Assembly (NCBI GenBank): GCA_047601185.1 | Contig: JASGJS010000001.1 | Location: 1,217,305 to 1,281,304 of the forward strand | Length of the DNA: 64,000 nucleotides | Origin: Gammaproteobacteria bacterium | GTDB lineage: Bacteria > Pseudomonadota > Gammaproteobacteria > JAURND01 | Reading direction: 5' to 3' | In this document: in pieces, positions 1-9,683 of the stretch | How positions within the stretch are numbered: the stretch's first letter is position 1 | Layout: every line of letters starts with the position of its first letter | The notes under the pieces: generated by a model | Told to the model about the DNA's origin: nothing | What the model saw: the letters and a program-made list of their open reading frames with translations, nothing else | The model's database searches: none | Made by a program: the position numbers and the translations under genes

Positions 1-105
1 TTGATGGGAGTTATGACGCATGGCCAAGCGGATACCGTGGCGGATGTGGCGAGCCATGTTTCTGGTGTTACTCAAGTGGTGAAAATATTTGAGTATGAGC
101 AGTAA
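1..105 (+). CDS. 3' end of a gene continuing off the window; C-terminal fragment resembles a BON-domain (OsmY-like) protein
   Basis: Open frame from position 1 to TAA at 103-105. The V/G/A-rich ...GVTQVVKIFEYEQ tail resembles BON-domain C-termini. Too short to be sure. Confidence 0.35.
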   Translation: MMGVMTHGQADTVADVASHVSGVTQVVKIFEYEQ

Positions 106-115
106 TGATCTCTTT

Positions 116-236
116 TACCCCTCATCCGGCCTCACGGCCACCTTCTCCCACAAGGGGAGAAGGAAACAGCTCGCCACTCCAATCTTCGTAGCCACCCAGT
201 CTTTCGAGCCTGCCACTCCGATCTTCGTAGCGCTGA
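116..236. repeat. Copy of the dispersed mosaic REP/MITE-like element (CCTCATCCGGCC..CCTTCTCCC-acaag-GGGAGAAGG-AAACAGCTCGCCACTCC plus 2x gccactcc(a/g)atcttcgtagc)
   Basis: Near-identical blocks recur at 3011-3288, 18908-19017, 24494-24765, 26909-26960, 40906-41060 and 49924-50040. A 9-bp GC-rich stem is seen directly. Confidence 0.7.
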
Positions 237-416
237 TCTGTTATTTTATCTTACAAATCCAAAAGCGAAAAGACTGCATTTTTAAAACGACGATTCCGTT
301 TTAATATCTCCACGGCACGATAAGGCAGTGTTCTTAAAAGGACTTAACAAGGGATTGAACCGCCGTAAAATGGACTTCAATTCAGGACGAAGCATTGCCT
401 TTTTTTCTCGTTGTTC

Positions 417-1805
417 TTAGTCTATTTCTAAAACTTCTCTTTGTTCATTCGCTTCAAATTCGGTAGGGCTGTCACTCGATTGAATAGAGGGTGATTTTGG
501 TTCCGGAGCCGAAAATAATCCTACCCTTGCTAATAAAGCCCCCTCTGATAATTTATCTGGAGACTGAAGTAAACTCGAGTTTGATGGTGATGACGGACTT
601 GAAAAGGAATCTTGATCCGTAGACGGGCTTGATGGTTCCGAAATGGAACGGGGGATCTGACTTTTTGCCATATGGATCATCGCAGTTAAAGTGGCTTCGA
701 TCTTTTGCACTTTCTCTGGTAAGAAGCAGATTTTTGCCAAGTCCTCTATGTTTTTGATAGGTTGAGTCATATCGGCGTGGTTTTGAAGAAAAAGAGAATA
801 GGGTTTTGATACCAGTAGATCTCGTAGAGGCTGCAATATCTCTTCTGCAGCTAATTCCCGTTGAATATTGTCTTTAAATTTAATATTGATAAAAGCATTG
901 GTAAGATTTTTTTTCTCCGGAAGTGTTTCTAATGCATCAGGGACACTCTTTAAAAAATCGGCACTATCACTCAAGCAGGTGTAAATAATGCTTTGGTGCG
1001 GAATTCTAACTTTTTCGCTGTTTCCGCGTTTTATTTTTTTCTGCTTTAGTGCATGTTTGCGTTGTTGTGCGAAAGATATTCTAAATGAATTATACAATTT
1101 AGTTTCCGTTAGCAGTGTATTTTTGACTAAAAAATAAACGGTATTGTTATCAGCGATAAAGCAAGGTAATAGCGCAATGATTGCTGGTACGGGTCTTAAG
1201 TAACCTATTAAACGGAATTCTGTAGGAATAAAGGAGGGAGGTTCTGCTTCAGTCTTTTGAGGTTCTGCTTCAGTCTTTTGAGATTGTGTCGCTTTGCTTA
1301 GAGAGGGCTGTTTTCGTTTTTTAGATTCTTGAACGGTAGCTTCAGCCTTTACTTCAGATTTATTGGAATCAGAAATCATAGGAGCGATTGTAGGTTGGAT
1401 GGGGCTGAGTAGCTTTGGAGATAATGTGGGTTCTTCTAAAGTGTTGGGAAGGCTGTCGCTTATATCAGGAACCTCACTCACAGGATTAAATCTTGCTGAG
1501 TCAGGTAGAAAAATTTCTGGTGGTGATTTAATCGTAGAATCAAAAAAATTCAGTGTATGTAAAATACTATCCTCTGGAGCTGGTGACTCATAGGAAGACA
1601 GGTAAGGTGTGAAAAATAAAGGTGGTAGAGGAAAGAAAGACGAAAAATATTGTGATTCTGTATGGGTTCTGAGTTGCTCAGATGGAATTGAATGCCAAAT
1701 TGATAAGAACTCCTTCCCTGTAATTTTTTTCATTTCTGCTAATGGATCAACCTTTTCCTTTCGTTCTAATGGGGCACAGCCGGCTTTTTTGTCATCTTCG
1801 CACAT
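417..1805 (-). CDS. Pro/Ser-rich low-complexity hypothetical protein with Glu-rich C-terminus; effector-like
   Basis: 462-aa ORF. Internal PQKTEAEPQKTEAEP duplication and SSPSSPSNSS tracts. C-terminus PTEFEANEQREVLEID is acidic. No recognisable enzymatic motif. Confidence 0.55.
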   Translation of the reverse strand: MCEDDKKAGCAPLERKEKVDPLAEMKKITGKEFLSIWHSIPSEQLRTHTESQYFSSFFPLPPLFFTPYLSSYESPAPEDSILHTLNFFDSTIKSPPEIFLPDSARFNPVSEVPDISDSLPNTLEEPTLSPKLLSPIQPTIAPMISDSNKSEVKAEATVQESKKRKQPSLSKATQSQKTEAEPQKTEAEPPSFIPTEFRLIGYLRPVPAIIALLPCFIADNNTVYFLVKNTLLTETKLYNSFRISFAQQRKHALKQKKIKRGNSEKVRIPHQSIIYTCLSDSADFLKSVPDALETLPEKKNLTNAFINIKFKDNIQRELAAEEILQPLRDLLVSKPYSLFLQNHADMTQPIKNIEDLAKICFLPEKVQKIEATLTAMIHMAKSQIPRSISEPSSPSTDQDSFSSPSSPSNSSLLQSPDKLSEGALLARVGLFSAPEPKSPSIQSSDSPTEFEANEQREVLEID

Positions 1806-1899
1806 ATTTTTATTCTCATTTGATTAAAAAAAGGATTGTAAGCGTGTATATTAGTACCTTAGAGATAATATCCAGTCAATGAAAAATCAGAGGTGAGGA

Positions 1900-3000
1900 T
1901 TGAAAATTTATCTAGTAGGAGGGGCGGTCCGCGATCAGCTATTAGGCCGCCCCATTCAAGAACGCGATTGGGTGGTGGTGGGAGCGACGCCCGCGGATAT
2001 GTTGGCGCTGGGTTATAGACCCGTGGGCAAAGATTTCCCAGTTTTTCTGCATCCGCAAACGCATGAAGAGTATGCGCTAGCCCGTACCGAACGCAAAGTG
2101 GGTCTGGGCTACAAAGGCTTTACGTTTTATACCAGCCCGGAAGTTGGTTTAGAAGAAGATCTGGCGCGCCGCGATCTCACCATCAATGCCATGGCTCAAA
2201 GCCTTGGGGGTGAGTTGATTGATCCGTATCAGGGTCAGGCTGATTTAAAGCAGCGGCTGCTTCATCATGTGTCGCCGGCTTTTATCGAAGACCCCGTGCG
2301 GATTTTGCGGGTAGCACGCTTTGCGGCCAAATTTGGGGATTTTACCGTGCATCCCGACACATTAGCGCTGATGCAGCAAATGGTTAAGCTGGGCGAAGTG
2401 CAGGCACTGGTGGCCGAGCGAGTTTGGCAAGAATGGCGAAAAGCGTTGGCGGAACCTTACCCTGAACGGTTTTTTGAAGTATTGGCGGCGTGTGAGGCTT
2501 TGCCAATCTTATTTCCTGAGCTCATTTCTAAAATGGATGTGCCGGCCTTGCAACGTGCTGTCCAGCAAATGCCAGACACGGTGATTCGACTGGCTGTCAT
2601 GTGTCATGCCTTGTCTAAAACAGCCCTAAGCGACCTCAGCGCGCGCTATCGCCTGCCTTATGAATATGCTGATATGGCAATTTTAGTGGTTGAGCATTAT
2701 TCGACTTACCAAAAAATCGAAACGTTATCTGCGGAAGACATCGTGGGCTTTTTGGAAAAACTGGATGCTTTTCGGCGGGCTGAGCGATTTAGGCAGTTTT
2801 TATTGGCGAGTCAAATCATTGAAAATGTGCCAACCTCTTCTCAAAAATCTCAAATGTTGGAGGAGATTCAGGGTTTGACGCAGGGGGTTGATCCGCAGCC
2901 TTTATTGCAGCAGGGGTTGAAAGGGCCTGAAATAGGGCGGGCGTTACATGAACAGCGGGTGGATATTGTGAGAGAGTTTCTTAGAGAGCTAAATTTTTGA
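1900..3000 (+). CDS. cca: CCA-adding tRNA nucleotidyltransferase
   Basis: N-terminus MKIYLVGGAVRDQLLGRPIQERDWVVVG...FPVFLHPQTHEEYALARTERK is near-identical to the E. coli Cca head domain. TTG start. At 366 aa it is shorter than E. coli Cca, so the HD domain is reduced or absent. Confidence 0.9.
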   Translation: MKIYLVGGAVRDQLLGRPIQERDWVVVGATPADMLALGYRPVGKDFPVFLHPQTHEEYALARTERKVGLGYKGFTFYTSPEVGLEEDLARRDLTINAMAQSLGGELIDPYQGQADLKQRLLHHVSPAFIEDPVRILRVARFAAKFGDFTVHPDTLALMQQMVKLGEVQALVAERVWQEWRKALAEPYPERFFEVLAACEALPILFPELISKMDVPALQRAVQQMPDTVIRLAVMCHALSKTALSDLSARYRLPYEYADMAILVVEHYSTYQKIETLSAEDIVGFLEKLDAFRRAERFRQFLLASQIIENVPTSSQKSQMLEEIQGLTQGVDPQPLLQQGLKGPEIGRALHEQRVDIVREFLRELNF

Positions 3001-3010
3001 AAAGCTTTTA

Positions 3011-3288
3011 TCCCCCTCATCCGCCCTATCGGGCACCTTCTCCCACGGAGGGGAGATGGCACCACACCGGAAATTTTAAGTGTTTCCTGCTAGCCTACTG
3101 CCATAGAAAGTTTGCACAGACTTGCTACCTCGACGTCGAGGTAGCTGCTGATGTATGACACATTAGATCACTGTGCTGAATAATTACAAACCAGCTAGAG
3201 GCACAGAGCTTGAAACCCTGCAAAAGTTTGAGGTGGGGCCTTCTCCTCTCCGTGGGAGAAGGTGCCGATAGGCGGATGAGGGGGAATC
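3011..3288. repeat. MITE-like element with ~50-bp terminal inverted repeats of the mosaic repeat family; perfect 22-bp palindrome GCTACCTCGACGTCGAGGTAGC inside (3124-3145)
   Basis: 3011-3060 (CCCCCTCATCCGCCCTATCGGGCACCTTCTCCCACGGAGGGGAGA) is the reverse complement of 3235-3288. The element sits between the convergent cca and PTPS-like genes. Confidence 0.7.
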
Positions 3289-3289
3289 A

Positions 3290-3787
3290 TCATACCGAAT
3301 ACCAACTCGCCGCCGCATACCGCCCCGCGCCATTGGAAATTTTAACAGTCAGCCCTTGAATCCGAAAAGTTTTAATGCACTCCTGGTGATCTCCCAACAA
3401 TGCTTTCAAAAACCACTCCGACAATTCTTCAATGGTAATATTGCGAATTGGCATCAGCTTGACGTCTTTTTTCAGAAAATGCATTTCATCCTGGTCAAAA
3501 TACACATAATAATAAGGCTCTTGGTCAACGATTTTTAAAACGGGAGAGTATTGTGGCAACAGCAGGTATAAATCCAACTGTTTGCAAACCGCTAAGATTT
3601 TCGCCTTAAAGACTTCATAATCGAAGGTGATTCCTAACTCGGTCATTTCCGCCACGATTGTCACATGCGCGTGATAATTGTGCCCGTGCAAGCGCTCGCG
3701 GGAGGTGGCTGAAAAAAGGGTGAAGTGGGCAATGGAAAAAGTAAAGTCATCGCCAAAGAGTTCAATCGTGCTTAAAGATGTTTTCAT
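3290..3787 (-). CDS. 6-pyruvoyl-tetrahydropterin synthase (PTPS/QueD) family protein lacking the catalytic Cys
   Basis: FSIAHF...RLHGHNYHAHV matches the PTPS/QueD AHRL...HGH zinc-binding signature. The Cys normally 4 residues before HGH is replaced (SRERLHGH). 165 aa. Confidence 0.7.
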   Translation of the reverse strand: MKTSLSTIELFGDDFTFSIAHFTLFSATSRERLHGHNYHAHVTIVAEMTELGITFDYEVFKAKILAVCKQLDLYLLLPQYSPVLKIVDQEPYYYVYFDQDEMHFLKKDVKLMPIRNITIEELSEWFLKALLGDHQECIKTFRIQGLTVKISNGAGRYAAASWYSV

Positions 3788-3795
3788 AGTTTAAA

Positions 3796-4941
3796 TTAAA
3801 ACAGTCTATCACGCCTATCCTGCAACTGAAAGCCTAACAAAGGTATCGTCATCTTTTTAGTGAAACCCATGACCTTAAAAGCTTCCCCCATTTGCGTGGG
3901 CAACAGTAATTTTTTAAGTTGCTGGCTCAACAGATATCCATTCTCCTGAAGCAGCCCCGGCTCAGCCAACTCTGTAATCCCACAACTCAATAAAAAATGT
4001 GCTTGGGTATTAAACCCCGCGAGCTCCAACTGCGAGGCCTGGCCTGCAAGGGCGACCGCCGTAAATTCCACATGCGCGGTAATATCTTGCAGCCCTGGCC
4101 ACCAATACGGATCAGTGTGTGCATAATGCTGATAATGGCACATCAGTGTCCCTTGACACCGTTCTGGATGATAATATTCATGCCTGGGGTAGCCATAATC
4201 TAACAATAGAATGGCGCCTTTCTCTAGGCTCGACGCGAGGCTTTGCATCCATCCTGGGATATTTAAATTGATTTCGGAATGATAAGAAATTTCGGTGGGG
4301 AGTGATAATTGCGCAACGACCTCTGTTAAGGCGGCGGAAGCGGGTTGTAATAAATCCACAAAACCCGAATGCGCATAATCTACATAATATTCTTTTAAAC
4401 CGTGGTTTGCCCAACAAAAACGATGCACTGGCATCGCATCCAACACTTCATTGGCAATCATCACCCCTTCAAAACCCAGTGGTAAATGATCAATCCAACA
4501 GATGCGAGAAAAAAATTGAGGAAGGTGCCGTTGCAATAGCGCTTGCTGTCTGTCCCGGAGTTCAGGGCTCAACTCTAAAATATAATAGTGCTGAGGTAAC
4601 GCATCTGCTGCGTTCAATGCAGTTAATAAATCTACCGCGAGCTGACCTGAACCTGCACCAAATTCTAAAATATCGCCGCCGCCGAGTTCTGTTAAAATTT
4701 GTTGGGATTGACGTGCCAAACATTGAGCAAATAGAGGTGATACTTCAGGCGCCGTGATAAAGTCCCCTCCGCGCCCAAATTTGTGGGTTCCCGCCACGTA
4801 ATAGCCTAACCCCGGTTGATATAACACGGTTTGCATGTATTCAGCGAAGGTGATAGGGCCTTGGCTTAAAATTTTATCCGCAATAAAACGAGAAACTTTT
4901 GCCGAATGCTGTTGTGCAATCAGGTCGGGTTGCGGCAACAT
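3796..4941 (-). CDS. SAM-dependent methyltransferase, MidA/NDUFAF7 (DUF185) family
   Basis: GLGYYVAG...FGRGGDFITAPEVSPLF...ILEFGAGSGQLAVDLL motifs. The likely start is ATG at 4941 (MLPQPDL), overlapping the TAA of the upstream esterase gene as TAATG. The longer track ORF to 5025 is rejected. Confidence 0.8.
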   Translation of the reverse strand: MLPQPDLIAQQHSAKVSRFIADKILSQGPITFAEYMQTVLYQPGLGYYVAGTHKFGRGGDFITAPEVSPLFAQCLARQSQQILTELGGGDILEFGAGSGQLAVDLLTALNAADALPQHYYILELSPELRDRQQALLQRHLPQFFSRICWIDHLPLGFEGVMIANEVLDAMPVHRFCWANHGLKEYYVDYAHSGFVDLLQPASAALTEVVAQLSLPTEISYHSEINLNIPGWMQSLASSLEKGAILLLDYGYPRHEYYHPERCQGTLMCHYQHYAHTDPYWWPGLQDITAHVEFTAVALAGQASQLELAGFNTQAHFLLSCGITELAEPGLLQENGYLLSQQLKKLLLPTQMGEAFKVMGFTKKMTIPLLGFQLQDRRDRLF

Positions 4942-5615
4942 TATGCTAAAACCGTCTGTAACCAGCGTGAAATATCGGAAATTTCTTTGGCACAAACACT
5001 GTGGGCCATGGTGTAAGTGTGCCAATCCACTTGACAGCCGATGTCGGTCAATAACGTATGGGAATATTCTGCAATAGAGAGATCCAAAACGTTATCTGCG
5101 AGCCCGTGCGCCATGAAAATTTTGATGTGGCGATTGGGCATGGGGGTGTACTGTTGTAAATGATCCGCGATCGGTAAATAGGTCGAAAGTGCCAACACGC
5201 CCGCTAAAGGTTTGGGGAATTTTAAAGCAGAGTAAAGCGCTAAAGCACCCCCTTGTGAAAACCCGGCTAAGACAATTTTTTCAGGTGCAACACCTGCTTG
5301 AATTTCGGCTTCGATCAGCGGAATCAGCCTCTGATAAGCGGCTTCAACTCCTGCGGCATCTTGTCGACTGTCAATGTCTAACCCATAAATGTCATACCAG
5401 GCGCGCATTGGTAACCCACTGTTTAAGGAGACCGGCATGACGGGTGCATGCGGAAAAATAAAGCGGCTTGCTAATTGTGTTGGCAAGCCTAATTGTGGGA
5501 CAATGTCGACGAAATCATACCCATCTGCCCCTAAACCATGCAGCCAAATGATACTATTTTTAACGGGTTGATTGGGATGAATGTAAACTGTTTCGATATC
5601 GGCGGATTGAGTCAT
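4941..5615 (-). CDS. Carboxylesterase/phospholipase family alpha/beta-hydrolase
   Basis: IIWLHGLGADGYDF...AGFSQGGALALYSAL (GxSxG nucleophile elbow)...MAHGLADNVL (catalytic His region). 224 aa. Confidence 0.8.
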   Translation of the reverse strand: MTQSADIETVYIHPNQPVKNSIIWLHGLGADGYDFVDIVPQLGLPTQLASRFIFPHAPVMPVSLNSGLPMRAWYDIYGLDIDSRQDAAGVEAAYQRLIPLIEAEIQAGVAPEKIVLAGFSQGGALALYSALKFPKPLAGVLALSTYLPIADHLQQYTPMPNRHIKIFMAHGLADNVLDLSIAEYSHTLLTDIGCQVDWHTYTMAHSVCAKEISDISRWLQTVLA

Positions 5616-5643
5616 GAAAATACCTCTTACTATTGCTTTTTTA

Positions 5644-5748
5644 ATGGGATTAATGGGGTTGAGCTTAATCGGTTGTGGCCAAAGTGGCCCCCTTTACTTG
5701 CCAGGCCATACGCCTCCCCCCATCCAACAAACCACTGACCTTTACTAA
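5644..5748 (+). CDS. lptM: Small lipoprotein LptM (YifL-like), unlisted micro-ORF
   Basis: MGLMGLSLIGCGQSGPLYLPGHTPPPIQQTTDLY: lipobox LIGC followed by the conserved GPLYLP motif. It sits immediately upstream of lysA/dapF, the classic lptM-dapF neighbourhood. Not in the ORF track (34 aa). Confidence 0.6.
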   Translation: MGLMGLSLIGCGQSGPLYLPGHTPPPIQQTTDLY

Positions 5749-7002
5749 ATGCTGAAAGCTTTCACTTATCAAGTCGGACAATTATACGCGGAGCAGGTTT
5801 CGATTCAACAGTTGGTTGAACAGTGGGGTACCCCGCTGTATCTCTATTCGGAATCGACCTTGGTCGATAACTGGCGCAGTTTTGACGAGGCTTTTGGCGC
5901 CCATCCGCATGCCATTTGCTATTCAGTTAAGGCGAATTCTAATCTCAGCGTCTTAAACGTATTAGCCAAATTGGGTTCAGGTTTCGATATTGTCTCACAA
6001 GGCGAGTTAGAGCGGGTATTAAAAGCGCAAGGTTCTCCGGAGAAAATCGTATTTTCTGGCGTGGGGAAGTTACCCCAAGAGATGGTCCGTGCGCTGGAAG
6101 TGGGAGTAGGCTATTTCAATGTGGAATCCGAAGCGGAATTAAGCCAACTCAACGCCATCGCCAGCCAAATGGGGAAAAAAGCCCGTATTGCGATTCGGGT
6201 TAATCCTGATATTGATCCGGGTACCCATCCTTATATTTCCACAGGGCTCAAAGAAAATAAGTTTGGGGTAGAGATGCAAACGGCGTTGCAGTTATTCCTG
6301 CAAGCGAAGCAAATGCCTCATCTGGAAATCACCGGTATCGCCTGCCACATTGGTTCGCAGTTGACGGAATTATCACCTTTTATGCTTGCTTTTGAGAAAA
6401 TGCAGCAATTGCGACAAACCCTGCGTACTTACGATATTGAACTGCAACATTTAGATATTGGCGGTGGATTAGGGGTGGCTTACGAGGATGGCACGAGTGC
6501 TTTGCCAACACCAGCAGCCTATGGCAAAGCGATTTTGGCCAAATTACCTCCCGAAGATAACATCCGCTTGATCATTGAACCTGGTCGCGCCATTGCTGCT
6601 AATGCCGGAATATTAGTCACTCGTGTGATTCATCTTAAATCAACCCCGCATAAACAGTTTGCGATTGTGGATGCGGCGATGAATGATTTAGTGCGCCCGG
6701 CTTTATATCAGGCTAAACACACCATCTTGCCGGTGATTCCTCATCATTCAGCCCCCAAAATGCATTATGATGTGGTAGGCCCTGTCTGTGAAACGGGGGA
6801 TTTTTTAGCAAAAGACTGTGAATTAGCCCTAGAGTCGAATGATTTATTAGCCATTACGGTGACCGGAGCATATGGTTTTTGCATGAGTTCTAATTATAAT
6901 TCGCGACCGCGGGCAGCAGAAGTGATGGTATTGGGCGATCAAGCGCGGCTCATCCGCAGGCGTGAAGATTATGAGACGATGATGGCGGGAGAATTGCTGT
7001 GA
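5749..7002 (+). CDS. lysA: Diaminopimelate decarboxylase
   Basis: 417 aa. PLP-dependent Orn/DAP/Arg decarboxylase motifs (YSVKAN, GGGLGV, EPGR) throughout. Confidence 0.95.
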   Translation: MLKAFTYQVGQLYAEQVSIQQLVEQWGTPLYLYSESTLVDNWRSFDEAFGAHPHAICYSVKANSNLSVLNVLAKLGSGFDIVSQGELERVLKAQGSPEKIVFSGVGKLPQEMVRALEVGVGYFNVESEAELSQLNAIASQMGKKARIAIRVNPDIDPGTHPYISTGLKENKFGVEMQTALQLFLQAKQMPHLEITGIACHIGSQLTELSPFMLAFEKMQQLRQTLRTYDIELQHLDIGGGLGVAYEDGTSALPTPAAYGKAILAKLPPEDNIRLIIEPGRAIAANAGILVTRVIHLKSTPHKQFAIVDAAMNDLVRPALYQAKHTILPVIPHHSAPKMHYDVVGPVCETGDFLAKDCELALESNDLLAITVTGAYGFCMSSNYNSRPRAAEVMVLGDQARLIRRREDYETMMAGELL

Positions 7003-7799
7003 ATACCTTAGCTTTTACCAAAATGCAGGCGTTAGGGAATGATTTTGTGGTGGTGGATGCATTGAAAGCACCCATTTCCCTGGATCCCGCCTTAATTCAG
7101 CGGATGGCCGATCGTCATCTTGGGATAGGTTTTGATCAACTATTGCTGATAGAACCCGCTTCAGAGCCCGACTGCGATGTGCGTTATCGCATTTTTAATG
7201 CCGATGCCAGCGAAGTGAGTCAATGTGGTAATGGCGCACGCTGCGTAGGGGATTATTTGTGGAAAAATGGCATTCGTGATAAAGATACCCTGGTGTTGGC
7301 CACCCAAGCTCGTCGGCTCACCGTGAAGCGTCATCACGATAAAATTCAGGTTAATATGGGGGTCCCTTTATGGAACCCCACTGAAATTCCTTTTATCCCA
7401 GATGCATTTGACGAGCCTCATTTGGGCGCGGTGAATTTAGGAAATCCGCATCTAGTGATCGTAGTCCCTGATGTAGATACAGCCCCTGTCCAACCATTAG
7501 GCCAAGCATTACAAAACCATCCCGCTTTCCCTCAGCAAGTGAATGTGGGGTTTATGCAGATCCTTGATAGACAGCATATCCGTTTAAGAGTCTATGAGCG
7601 TGGGGCGGGAGAGACACTTGCTTGTGGTAGTGGGGCCTGTGCTGCCGTTGTGGTAGGTCATCAAGCTGGTCTATTAGCAGAAGCAGTAGAGGTGGCTTTG
7701 CCGGGGGGCAACTTGCAGATTCATTGGGCAGGTGAAGGGGAGCCCGTGTGGATGATTGGCGGAGCGCAAAGAATATTCGAGGGGATATTTTACAAATAA
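6999..7799 (+). CDS. dapF: Diaminopimelate epimerase
   Basis: FTKMQALGNDFVVVD...FNADASEVSQCGNGARC...ACGSGACA: both catalytic-Cys motifs present. GTG start overlaps the lysA stop (GTGA). Confidence 0.9.
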   Translation: MNTLAFTKMQALGNDFVVVDALKAPISLDPALIQRMADRHLGIGFDQLLLIEPASEPDCDVRYRIFNADASEVSQCGNGARCVGDYLWKNGIRDKDTLVLATQARRLTVKRHHDKIQVNMGVPLWNPTEIPFIPDAFDEPHLGAVNLGNPHLVIVVPDVDTAPVQPLGQALQNHPAFPQQVNVGFMQILDRQHIRLRVYERGAGETLACGSGACAAVVVGHQAGLLAEAVEVALPGGNLQIHWAGEGEPVWMIGGAQRIFEGIFYK

Positions 7800-7924
7800 T
7801 ACTATCCTAAACCTTTTAAAGTGTATAAAATAACCCGCTAGCTTTAGCCCTAAAAGATTAGGGTTCGATGCAGAGGTGAGATCACCCTTAATTCAGTAAT
7901 ACCAAGGATAGGAGACCTAACGAT

Positions 7925-8383
7925 ATGAGTACCCAAAGAAAAACCAAGCGAAAAAATATTAGCGCAGGCCCAGTCGACTTCACACCTTATAAAGAAGCAA
8001 AGGGTGAAGAGTACATGAGCAAAGGCCAGCTCGAACATTTTGCGAATGTATTGAATTTATGGAAAGAACAACTACTTGCTGAACGCGTTGATTCCATGCA
8101 AGAAATGGATGATATGCAGAACTTCCCTCCTGATATTCTCGATCAGGCATGGCTAGAAGAAGAGCGCATCTTATTATGCCAAACACGCGAACGCAAAGAT
8201 AAACTCTTGAATAAAATCGATTTGGCCTTGGCCAGAATCAAACAAGGGGATTATGGCTATTGTGAAGTTTGTGGAGCTGAAATTGGTATACGGCGTTTAG
8301 AGGCTCGTCCTACCGCTACGCAATGTATTGATTGTAAGACCATCGATGAGATCCGTGAAAGACAAACGGGGATTGTGGAGTAA
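7925..8383 (+). CDS. dksA: RNA polymerase-binding transcription factor DksA
   Basis: Coiled-coil N-terminus plus C4 zinc finger CEVCGAEI...CIDCK. About 150 aa. Confidence 0.9.
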   Translation: MSTQRKTKRKNISAGPVDFTPYKEAKGEEYMSKGQLEHFANVLNLWKEQLLAERVDSMQEMDDMQNFPPDILDQAWLEEERILLCQTRERKDKLLNKIDLALARIKQGDYGYCEVCGAEIGIRRLEARPTATQCIDCKTIDEIRERQTGIVE

Positions 8384-8468
8384 CGATTGAGGTTGTTGGT
8401 TATATGGCACAACCTTAAACAGGCCAAGCATCTATTGGCTATATAGTAATTTAAAAGGAGGCTAAAAA

Positions 8469-8681
8469 ATGTGTTATAAAGTTTATGCAATTATTGTGGT
8501 GGTGATTGCGGCAATTATTGCACTCGCTGTTTCAGCCCTACCGCAAGAAAAATTAATGGGTTTATATTATGTTTCACGTTTTGTAGAGGTGATGATACCG
8601 ATACTTGGCGTTGGCGCATTGATCAAATACCTATTTTCTTGCTGCCGTTGCAATCGCGCTGATAGAACGAATCAGATTTAA
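8469..8681 (+). CDS. Small hydrophobic hypothetical membrane protein
   Basis: 70-aa ORF with two hydrophobic helices and a Cys-rich tail. Shine-Dalgarno-like AAGGAGG upstream (8456-8462). No homology recognised. Confidence 0.35.
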   Translation: MCYKVYAIIVVVIAAIIALAVSALPQEKLMGLYYVSRFVEVMIPILGVGALIKYLFSCCRCNRADRTNQI

Positions 8682-8720
8682 TTTTTTGCGGCAAACTGCT
8701 CACGCTCTGCACCCAAGAGT

Positions 8721-9683
8721 GTGAGCAGGTTCCGCATGCCATCTAAAAACATGTACGCACTTGCCATTCATCAATTAGAGAAAACGTATAAAAATGGATT
8801 TCAAGCCCTAAAACATATCGACCTCACCGTCCAAGAGGGAGATTTTTTCGCCTTATTGGGGCCCAATGGTGCAGGCAAAACCACGTTAATCGGCATTATT
8901 AGCTCCCTGGTGAATAAAACCAGTGGCCAAGTCTTATCGTTTGGGCGAGACATCGACCAAAATCCTTCGTTATTTAAAAACAATATCGGGATTGTGCCTC
9001 AAGAATTCAATTTTATGAATTTTGAGAAGGTTGAGCATATTGTCCTAAATCAAGGTGGGTTTTATGGGATACCGCCTAAAATCGTCAAGCAACGTTGTGA
9101 AAAATATCTTAAGCAATTAGAGTTATGGGATAAGCGTGATGTCACCGTGCGCATGCTTTCCGGCGGGATGAAGCGTCGACTCATGATTGCGCGTGCTCTC
9201 ATCCATCAACCCCGGTTATTGATTTTAGATGAACCGACGGCCGGCGTTGATATTGAAATTCGGCAAAATATGTGGGAATTTTTGCGAGAATTGAATCGCC
9301 AAGGCACCACGATTATTTTAACGACGCATTATTTAGAAGAAGCTGAAAGCCTTTGTCGCAATATCGCTATTATCAATCATGGCCAAATTGTGGAAAATAC
9401 CAAAATGAGTACTTTGCTCGGCCAATTGCAGGTGGAAAGTTTCATCTTATATTTACAAACCCCCTTAACCCAACCGCCTGACCTATCGCCTTATACGTGT
9501 CGCTTAGTAGACGATCATACCTTAGAAGTGGATTTAACCGGCGCGCAAAATTTTAATGAACTCTTCCAGCTATTATCGAGCCAATCTATTCAGGTGGCGC
9601 GCATGAAAAATAAACGGAACAGGCTAGAAGAATTATTTATGCAACTCATCGCCAATCGAAACGAAGACGCTCATGTATCTTAA
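8721..9683 (+). CDS. ABC transporter ATP-binding protein (ABC-2 exporter type)
   Basis: Walker A GPNGAGKTT, signature LSGGMKRRL, Walker B LLILDEPTAGVD, H-loop TTHYLEE. Confidence 0.9.
   Translation: MSRFRMPSKNMYALAIHQLEKTYKNGFQALKHIDLTVQEGDFFALLGPNGAGKTTLIGIISSLVNKTSGQVLSFGRDIDQNPSLFKNNIGIVPQEFNFMNFEKVEHIVLNQGGFYGIPPKIVKQRCEKYLKQLELWDKRDVTVRMLSGGMKRRLMIARALIHQPRLLILDEPTAGVDIEIRQNMWEFLRELNRQGTTIILTTHYLEEAESLCRNIAIINHGQIVENTKMSTLLGQLQVESFILYLQTPLTQPPDLSPYTCRLVDDHTLEVDLTGAQNFNELFQLLSSQSIQVARMKNKRNRLEELFMQLIANRNEDAHVS

Noticed and set aside
89..304. 71-aa ORF in the track
   Set aside because: Lies entirely inside a mosaic repeat copy. The repeat lacks stop codons, so the frame is open by chance. 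Same reasoning applies to 24622-24825.
4302..4757. Antisense and overlapping ORFs inside well-supported genes (e.g. 4302-4757, 14094-14434, 20986-21252, 30472-30822)
   Set aside because: Embedded in or opposite to genes with clear homology. No independent signals.
3796..5025. Long N-terminal extension of the MidA-like methyltransferase ORF, and similar extensions of the pilin, feoA, yefM and Sel1 27452-28717 ORFs
   Set aside because: Internal Met codons give proteins that start at conserved N-termini. The extensions overlap upstream genes or run through repeat copies.
7840..7885. GGGTTCGATGC segment resembling a tRNA T-arm
   Set aside because: No acceptor stem, D-arm or anticodon arm can be built around it. 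It is a simple hairpin (AGCCCTAAaagaTTAGGGTT) in the dksA upstream region.
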